This document shows, piece after piece, positions 48,030-56,985 of a DNA stretch of 56,985 nucleotides. Within the stretch, counting starts at the first letter, position 1, and the number at the start of each line of letters is the position of its first letter. The position numbers and the translations under genes are program-made. The DNA lies in the NCBI GenBank assembly GCA_003427395.1, contig BFEA01000002.1, positions 6,820,862 through 6,877,846 of the forward strand, written 5' to 3'. The notes beneath the pieces were generated by a model. It worked only from the letters and a program-made list of their open reading frames with translations. It ran no database searches and was not told the origin of the DNA. This stretch comes from Chara braunii (lineage: Eukaryota; Plantae; Charophyceae).

Positions 48030-49020
48030 ACAATCACCTCATCCCTCTCCTCGTTAGTTGACCCCGAAATCAAACAAGTATTAGGATAACCCCACGGGAG
48101 TTATCCTACTACCAGTTTGATGCTTAGAAGATCAGTCAAAACAACTCTTAGTTAAATCGCCTTGAACGTTCCCCTACCTTACCCATTCTTTGCGAATGAG
48201 CAAGAGGTATGCCGACTCTCACGGAAGTCCGCCAGATCGACTTAGACTTAGGAATTAGTGTACTCACTCGAAAGTACTCAAATTTCTTCCCAAGTCTAGT
48301 CAGATCAGCGATAGGAAAATCCCACGGGAGCCTCCCATAACCTGATCCAATGTTAAATAGATAAATCGTTAGTAACAAAGCACGCCAACCCATTAGTCAT
48401 ACTAAAACAAGTAGCAGGGTTACTCACCCGGGAGTATCCCTTTACTTGTAAAAACACAATCATCTCATTCATTCCCCTGTTAGTTGATCCCCAGATCAAA
48501 CAAGTATTAGGATAACCCTCCCGGGAACCACCCTAATACCAGTTCGATACGTATGAGATTATTCAAGACAACTCTTAGTTTAGCCGCCCTGATCGTTTAT
48601 CTATCTGCTTATGTATCAAATTTTTGAACAAAAGGTGTGTTGACTTCACACGGGAAGTTGGACAGATCGACCTAGACGTAGGAGTTCGTGTACTCACCCG
48701 GGAGTACTCAATTCCCTTCCAAGTCTAGTCCGATAGGTGATTAGGAGAGCCCCACGGGAGCCTCCTACTATCTTTGTTTATGTTAATCGTCCTAGCCTAG
48801 AAGCCTTGTACCCCACAGGAGTACCGGATTACCTCTTAGATCTAGTCCGTAAAGTAACAGAAAAGACGCATGGCATCTTCCCGTTACTAATGCCAAAGTC
48901 AGACAGACACTTCACCGTATCATTACTTAATCGCGTAAATGACAAGGTAACTCTTACGGGAGTATCCCATCATTAACCTTCGTCAGTTCATGCAAGCAAC
49001 GTGACGACTCCACGGGAGTC
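48030..49020 (-). repeat. Array of ~12 small hairpins (plus-strand core C(A/C)CGGGAG), partly within a ~425-bp tandem duplication
   Basis: Examples are TAGGATAAC-CCCACGGGA-GTTATCCTA (48082), GTACTC-ACCCGG-GAGTAC (48690) and GACTC-CACGG-GAGTC (49006). 48030-48400 is similar to 48458-48810. Confidence 0.75.
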
Positions 49021-49624
49021 TCCATCACACAAGGAACAAAGGTCTGTCATAAACCTATAACTTTCACCTGACTAAGGAGATACAGACAAGGAAAGTAGTA
49101 CGAAAGCAAAGTTCACTTAAGTCAGTATACATCAGCTAAAAATAAACGGAATAGTCCACGCGTCTATCACTCCTCGACTCTTTGATAATTTTTTTAAGTC
49201 AATTAGATTCATTAACCTCTTACCAACTTAAGTTGACAGACGTGCCTATACAGACAAATAACCCGAGTACGCAAACAGAAGGAAGGATTCAACATACGCA
49301 AACACCTTCCTCGAATCGTTAACCTAACTTCGACCTACTATGTAAGAATATTGCATTCACTAGTTGTATCATAGACTCCTAACTATCCTATACCCTAGTC
49401 CGTTCTTTAAGGACGCTCGTGGGCAGTCGAAGTTCTAGACAATGCGATTTCCACCAACACTGTCAGAACGACTCCAAATATAACTTTCTAATATCTAACG
49501 AAATGGTAGTTTTAATTCATATATCATAAGCTATATAAGCTTATTTAAAAGTTATCGTTTTGCGAGGACTTCAATTTACCAAGCCCGGGTCCGTTCGCAT
49601 AGGACCCTGGCAGGCAACCGAAGG

Positions 49625-49642
49625 TCCCCGGCAACGGCGCCA
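49625..49642 (-). promoter_or_regulatory. Primer-binding site, tRNA-Asp(GUC)
   Basis: TCCCCGGCAACGGCGCCA on plus, 2 nt from the LTR end at 49645; identical to the PBS at 25765. Confidence 0.95.
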
Positions 49643-49644
49643 CC

Positions 49645-52600
49645 TGTTGCGCGCGACGGTCCCTCGCCTTGATGGGGAGCGTTGAACCTCACGGTCGTGT
49701 CACGCAGGATTTATTCCTTGAAAGAACAACAAGTCACTACTCCGACCGTGCGCGCGGGCTATACCTCTCACGACGCCCCGCGACAGGTCCGGACGTTGCG
49801 AGGTACTGCTCATCTCTACCCGAGGGGCTGTCACCACCCTCTGGTAGGCGTATCCCTGCTGAGCTACCGGCCCACATGCGAAGGCTTTAACATGCCTTTG
49901 TAGAGGTAGGTCGGCCGAGGGCGTTTTCTCGATCGCCGTAGCACAGGTATACGCGCGGTTGAACGCCTAAGACTGACCCGTTTACGTGTCGGGCATCGGG
50001 GTGCTGATCTCCCGAACTGACTTACTGTTAAGGTCGACTTGACTGACGATCTATCACGCATACTAATTTTTTAATCTATCTGCACATAACCCATAACTTA
50101 TGTATGTTATAAAATTATTTCAGAGTGATAATTTCAAAAGTTGAGACTGTGGAGGCAAGGAGATGTCTTTTACATTTTTACACAAACAGAGGCAAACATC
50201 AGAATGAACAGAGTTTAACTTTCGAAACAGAAAACAATCAATAGGCTCTTGGCCTTTCAAGCAAACATCATGACCAAAGGTAGGCTCGTGGCCTGTCAAA
50301 TATGCATCAGAATAAANGAATAGGCTCATGGCCTTGCCAATTGTCCTAANCTATTCAGCATCAAGGAGTAAAGTCGAAACATCCAAACCAAATGTACAAA
50401 GGTTACGAGTCGACGAAATNTCTGAGTCGAGGCTCAACATAAGTTCAGCAATGCGAGTAGAGTGAATAACACGTGGTTNNTCTTCTTACTGACCTGCAGA
50501 NAAAACAAAAGCATTTTGCAATCCTAACAGAGTCAACCATTCATTCACTTCCACACACATTACACTTGTGCTTCCAAATCCTTCTGCCAGACATTCCTGT
50601 TTTGACTCAGTCATTCAAGGACCTCATTTGACCAAACACTGACCCTTCAGACACTGACCCAAAATCAGAAATGTCATTTAGAGCAAGGGTTGATGCAAAG
50701 TGTGGGTGCAGAAGGTGAGTGAAGGTTGAGTTGGTGAACCAACCTGTTACCATAAGGCACCAGCATGCAGTCTTGTATAAACTTATAATGAGTCTTCTTG
50801 AGTAAGATGACCTGCAATCACACACAGATCTTAAAATCTCAACACCTCCCTCACTATCGCTCTACACGAAGTTCAACGATGTGAACTTCAATTCTATCTG
50901 TGGACTATAATAGAGTCCGATCAAATGTAAGTATGAAGTAAGAAGACTCCGACAGAAGTCTTAACCTCATACTTACTCAAGCAGTAGGATAACTCAGACA
51001 TGAGTATCCTACCACTGGTTTTAGTCTAGCTGGTTTAGACTTAGACAGACCATGGGATGACCCGCACAGGAGTACCCCACTTCTAGCCTGTCAACCTGAC
51101 TATCTAATATATGTACACACGTAGAGACGGGTAATAGGATGTTCCTCACCCTGGAGCCTTATCCTNTCACCCGTCCTACATCCATACATCAATCAATCAG
51201 CACTTNCACTTGCTCTAGGCCAGCGTGCACAAAGGTGATCTCGGCTCTAGCTAGGAACGGGGTTCACATGCACATGTCTGATTGTTCTGACAATCAGATC
51301 ATAACAAACGGTGTAGGTAATAAAATAGTAACAAAAACAAATAATAATAATAATAATAACAATAATAATAATAATAATAATCATAGTAAAAAATAATAAT
51401 AATAATAATAATAATAAAATAATAATAATAATAATAATAATGCAAGTAATATGAGTGAGCACAGTACACCGAAGACTAAGTCACAATCAAACATACAGAA
51501 GTCCAGATAATCATGTAATGAGTAAAAAGTTGAAATGCACTAAGGTTTCATCCAAATAAGAACGACATAGTGACCTTGTGAGCCAATGTTCAAACCCTCA
51601 TGCCACATTAATGCAGTATTCAATGTCACTCTTCTCTGCCTGACGTCCAATGCCCAGTCTACACTACACCTATCCTACCACAGCCGCGTCAACGAGACAG
51701 ACTCACTTAGACTTCGGAGACCAATGTACATGACGTCTACTCCACAATCGGCCTTTTTCTTGCATCAGGTATGTATCTCATCCCCTCTCATCAGACCCTG
51801 ACCATCCACAAATTATAGCTGTGATTAATACATGAGGCTAATAATAATAATAATAATAATAATATGTTTGAAACAACCCTCACCTTAGCCGTAGCAGATG
51901 CAGGTCCCAGGGCTCGATTCCTAGACCTTATGTACCTATCTACGGTATCAAGTCGACCCTATATGTGCTTGATCCCGTGACTTGTGTTTGGGCTGTTAAT
52001 TGTTATCCGCCGTAATTCTATGTCGCTGTCTGAGTTCGGTTTGTAGATCTGTCGAGTAGGGGTCATAGTTGTGCAGGGTCGTTGCCGCTACAGTCCTAAA
52101 AAGGTCAAATCTTCAGACTTTCGGAACGTTCGGAAGTGGCCTTTCGAGCGTTGCTCGCGTTAGACCAGGGGCAAGTGGGCAAATGGGCAGTCCAACTGTT
52201 GTCAAGTCTGCAGTACCCAATCCCAGTCATACTTTGTCCAATCTGCGGGTACCATGTGGGACTGCCTGCACTAAGGTCCTGGTGGAGGTCGATGTTGCAG
52301 CGGACGTCGTTGCGCGTGCGACTGTTGTCATTGCTAACGTGTGCCCGATTCCTGTCGCTACCTCCGCATATGTCCGTAAGTCTATTTTGTATGTCTGTCT
52401 GTGTCTGTTGCTACCTGTCGATTTGTCTGTCTGTTTGTTGTCTATCTGTATGTTGTCTGTCTGTCTGTTGTATGTCTGTCTGTTGTATGTATGTCTGCTG
52501 TATGTATGTCTGCATGCATGTCTGTATGTTTGTATTGTAGGTACTCAGACGGCATCAAGACCATGCGGAAGGCCCTCGGCTGTGAGCCAATCTGTACAAC

Positions 52601-53257
52601 TGTGGAAGGGTGACCTTAAACCAGACAGCCTCATCAACTACTGCATAAGGCTGGGCATCCGGGTGATCAACATTCAGTCTTGCTATGTTGCCTTAACGCC
52701 GGCTGGGCGCTAGCTGTTTGCTGATACTGCGTATGACGCCGGACTGTGGCAACATGTTGGCGCTGTCTACTATGTGCGCCATGCTTTGCTGATGTGGCGC
52801 AGGTCATCTGCCGACCTCGCTGATGTGGCGCAGGCCACTTTTCTGCATTGCTGCTGTGGCACAAGTTATCTGTCCGCCGTGCTGATGTGGTGCTGCCTCC
52901 TGTTCTGCTGTTGACTTGGCATTGGCCATGCCGTCTACCTGCTGACGTGGCATTGGCCATACTGTCTATCTGCTGATGCGGCGAAGGCCACTCGTCCGCA
53001 CTGCTAATGTGGCCTGCCACTGGTCTATACCGCTGTTGTGGCACTGCCGCCTGTCTACTGCTGACGCGACATTGGCCATGCTGTCCGTATGTTGATGTGG
53101 CACATGCCACTCATCCTTGCTGATGTGGCGTTGCCGCCCGTCTCTACTGTCGACGTGGCATTGGCCACGCTGTCTACTTGCTGTTGATCCGAGTCTACCT
53201 GTACTACGGCATCTAACAAATAACTTTCTGTTTGGGTTTATCACAACAATCAACAAC

Positions 53258-53294
<37 letters not shown>

Positions 53295-53824
53295 GGATCA
53301 ACACCAATGATGCAAGGAATATGAGTGTGAACGATATACAAAAAACCAAGTTGCAAAATCACACAGCTGTCGAAGTAGTCGAGTCCTTGCAGAGAGTACA
53401 AATGCACCGAAAACCATCCATATAGAGCAATAAAATGAAGTAATGAGGCAATGTCCAAGCCCGTAGGCCACACCAACACAGTATCAGAGTCGCTCTCTAT
53501 CCCTTCTACTTTAGTATTCACTAAAGTATCTTGTCTCCTCAATCAGCCTACACTACTCACCTATCCCTTCTAGTTTAGTATTCACGCAACGGCTCTCTTC
53601 GACACTGGGGGACCAATATACATGACTCTCAACACCATTAGTCGATGTACCAGGTACGTATCTCGTCACCCTCAATCAGACCTTGGTAATCCCACTCTCG
53701 CCTCCTTCCCTGAAGACCACCAAATCACCCGCATCAACCCCTGAAGCATCAACCCCTGAAGCTTCAACCCCTACACATTACAGGTGGGATTAAAGCACAA
53801 CAGTAATAATAGTAGTAATAATAA

Positions 53825-53883
<59 letters not shown>

Positions 53884-55938
53884 TAACAATGTAATCAGAC
53901 CCGCTTTTTTTTCCCGTCAGCATACATGCAACAGATGGTGATTCACCCCGGCGCACTGCGCCCACTCAAAGCTCAGAGCTATGGAGCCCGATAACACAGT
54001 TCAGATGCAAACTCGCTTCGACAGGCTATGGCGCATCATCGCTTGTACATCCCAACTCGTCACTCTGGCTGATACTGTTCACGCACATTCCACTCTAGAT
54101 CACCCTGAATACTCCACACACACATACACTTACTAACTTCTAACACTACAGCGGCTATGGCCGCACTATTAAAGCAAGCTCATACTCATACCCACACACA
54201 AATGTACGCACATACACACACATACATACAGACACATACGTATACACACACACACGTACACTCTCACACACATACGGGTGAGCACACACACATACATGCA
54301 GTAGTAGTGTAGAATTTGTGTTTAGTGGTAGGCACATTTGATCTGCTTATCCTACCGATGGAAGTAGAGTGAGGCTAGTCGCGGAGTTCACACGTACACA
54401 CACATACACACACAACTAACAAGTCCGCGGACGAGCGGGGTGTATGCTTCCATAATCTACCGTAGGTTCATTTGATTATGCTCGTCCAATCACCGAAAGT
54501 AGCGTGAGATCAGCTGAGGGATCGGGGACCTACCGTACAATGCTCGACGCCCCCCCTCTCTTTAATCCAATCAGTCGCAATGTGCAGAATAAGGAGACCC
54601 CGGCACGGGAGACACGACGGGCATAAGCTTGCATTTGGACGGGTTGGGCGGATAGCAGGTATGTCGCCCTCTCCTCTCTAATATTTCAACTAATATATAT
54701 ATATATATATATATTCACAAACAAAACTGTTCGGTAAACCGTAGGCAGAGAGAGAGAAGAGGACAACAAACGAGGGGCTGTGACAAACTATATATATATA
54801 TATATATATTATAACTATGAATAAAACATCATAATAATGATAGTAATAATAATAATATAATAATAATAATAATAATAGTAATAAATGAACGACAGTGAAC
54901 CTCCAGAAACCAAGCAGCATCATACACATGAGACCAGATAGTCGTGACCTCGAACCAAAAACAAAATCATATCACAGTTCCACCAAATAAGAGCATACAA
55001 AAAGCTCATAATTGACGATGCTGGAATAGTCTCATCGTCATCATCAACGAAGAACCAATGTTGATATCCTATCTGGCGCTCGGCGTCCAGACTACAGATG
55101 GAAGGATCCCTTATGACATAAGACTGCTTGCACGGTTTGCAGATCCAATCTAGCCTAGACTAAAATGTCGATGATGACGTCAACAGCTCCTTAAAGTACG
55201 AGCAGATCTCGGCCAATATCGTTCGCCTCAAGCACCAGGTACATCCCCCATATCACTCACAACTTCGATCCCCCACATAGATGCCACATGCACCCAAGAA
55301 CCACCATGCGCCCACTTTCCATCACGCAATCCACATCTGCACTTACGCGCACATTCACTTCCTCTCGCGACGCTGTCCTTTTTCTCCCGTCATTCTCCCC
55401 CTCCATCTTTTCCTCTTTTTTTTTTCTTTACTTCTTTCCCTGTCTTCATTCCCACTCGTCACTTATATATATTTATATATATATATATATATATTAACAA
55501 GAATTATAATGATTAATAATAATAATAAAATCAAACAAAGGAAATAAAAGAAAATAAGTAATTAAACACTAATGTATACTAACCATTTTTCAGGCTATGT
55601 GCATTCGTGGAAACAGGGAAAGAATGAGACAACGTGAAACGACCGTGACTGCTTGTTTCGTTGAAGTTTCATCAAATCATCAGGAGGCAGATCCCCCCCG
55701 GCCTTTCAATTTGAACCATGCATTCCGTTCAGGTATATGGTCTGTATTCTCTATAAGCCCCCCCCTTCTCTCTCTCTCCCTCTTCCTCTGTCACACTCTC
55801 GCATACACACACATAGAGGGATAGATCGGAGACAGGGAAACCTACTCATGGGTCACTGAAGTCCGACGAAACAGTCTGGGATAGTCATGCTTCTCCTTAG
55901 TGGAGATGTGTGTAGTGAACATGACAGCACACACATAC

Positions 55939-55969
<31 letters not shown>

Positions 55970-56229
55970 TACGCACGTAGACACATACACGCGCACGTAC
56001 AGACAAACACAACTACATACGTACACAGTTACATGCGCACTCACAGACAAACACAACTACACACGTACAGAGATACATGCGCACTCACACACAGATACAC
56101 GCACGCACGTAGTAGTGTAGACTAATGCGTTGTAGTTGTAGAATCGTTCGACTCAGCTCATCTTATCGATGAAATCGCATGATCAGTCATGTGACAGAGG
56201 CGACAAACACAAAAACACACACTCACTCA

Positions 56230-56295
<66 letters not shown>

Positions 56296-56551
56296 CTAGT
56301 GTATACACCCACGATATAGCGGTAGGTTCATTTGATTTAGTTCGAGAAGTAAGTTGTGAGTTAGGCGACTTACTTGTTCTCTTTCTCCCTTCGTCCTTGT
56401 CGCCATCGTAGTCGTCGTCGTCGTCGCTACCGCTGTTGTCATCGTCGTCTAGTCGTCAGTGTCGCCGTCGGATCGCATGGTCAGGTAAGTGTTCTGCTCC
56501 CCTCCCCCTCTCTCCTTCTCCTACTTCTTCCTCCTCCTCTTTCTTCTTCTT
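49645..56551 (-). repeat. 5' LTR of the nested element (homology breaks at ~56551)
   Basis: Collinear with 34950-~42000. Confidence 0.9.
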
Positions 56552-56985
56552 TTCAACAGAAAAAATGTGGGAAAATTTCATCAAGTTTTCAACTCGGTCG
56601 CCGCGCCGGACCAGCATTGGAACGACGACAAATGCTGTGGCCAACCGTTGGAGCATCACCGTTTTATGTTTCCAACCGTTTGATCAACACGCGGCCAACG
56701 TGTTTCCAACATTTGTTCAACGTTGGTCCAACATCTTTCCAACACGTTTCCAACACGTGTGCGTTGAAACAAAAGTGCTATTAGGTTCCCATGACTGAAG
56801 TTGACTAATGCGGGCGAATTTAGGCACAATCGCATTGAATCCACCTGAATTGGCCCGCAGTTGTCAACTGGTGGGTTTGGAGGAGGTGCGCGGGTCAACA
56901 ATTGTGAACGCGCACCGAATACATCAAAAAATTGGAGCCCACGAAAGAGGGTCGCACCCCCGGGCAAAGGAAGATGAGGCCGGTC
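56552..56985. mobile_element. End of an unidentified insertion with short CCAACA/CAACG subrepeats, in the (CTT)n tract of the LTR
   Basis: Abrupt loss of LTR homology; repeated TTTCCAACAC-like units at 56640-56770 resemble DNA-transposon subterminal repeats. Confidence 0.4.

Larger units (their letters stand above)
34950..56551 (-). mobile_element. Nested non-autonomous LTR retrotransposon (LARD-like) of a related family
   Basis: Direct repeats 34950-~42000 and 49645-56551; tRNA-Asp PBS on minus next to the right-hand LTR; 6.1-kb internal region without recognisable gag/pol; it interrupts ORF3 of the host element. Confidence 0.88.

Noticed and set aside
55850-55880. Minimal hammerhead-like CTGAAGTCCGACGAAACAGTC
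   Set aside because: The core is not CUGANGA, stems are too short, and the sister LTR copy (41287) lacks the GTC site

Overview
This is repeat-saturated eukaryotic DNA with no intact host gene. The gag/pol style, tRNA-Asp priming and microsatellite load suggest a streptophyte alga such as Chara (inference only). Three related Ty3/Gypsy elements with giant LTRs dominate the window. All begin TGTCGG-N4-AATACCCTTACAAGGGTAT and share a conserved ~400-nt block at the other LTR end. (1) A solo LTR (5718-14488) carries a 5'-truncated L1-type LINE. (2) A decayed autonomous element (from 18925, + strand) has a 6.8-kb LTR, tRNA-Asp PBS, gag-PR, a U-UUU-UUA -1 frameshift site and RT-RH-IN. It also has an extra ORF behind a strong splice acceptor, in the env position, that appears to encode two tandem Gag-capsid-like domains instead of an envelope. 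(3) A non-coding LARD-like element (34950 to >=56551, - strand) with an 8.6-kb LTR is nested in that extra ORF. The most unusual signals are the capsid-like third ORF and the nine-unit arrays of conserved-loop, variable-stem hairpins with unique spacers in both + strand LTRs. Others are a second hairpin array downstream of the LARD PBS, the conserved structured U5 RNA block, tRNA-like remnants in U3, and a shared ACGY motif beside all three insertions. Minor features are a hAT-like MITE, a tRNA-derived SINE head, minisatellites, and an assembly-collapse artefact (identical Ns in both LARD LTRs).
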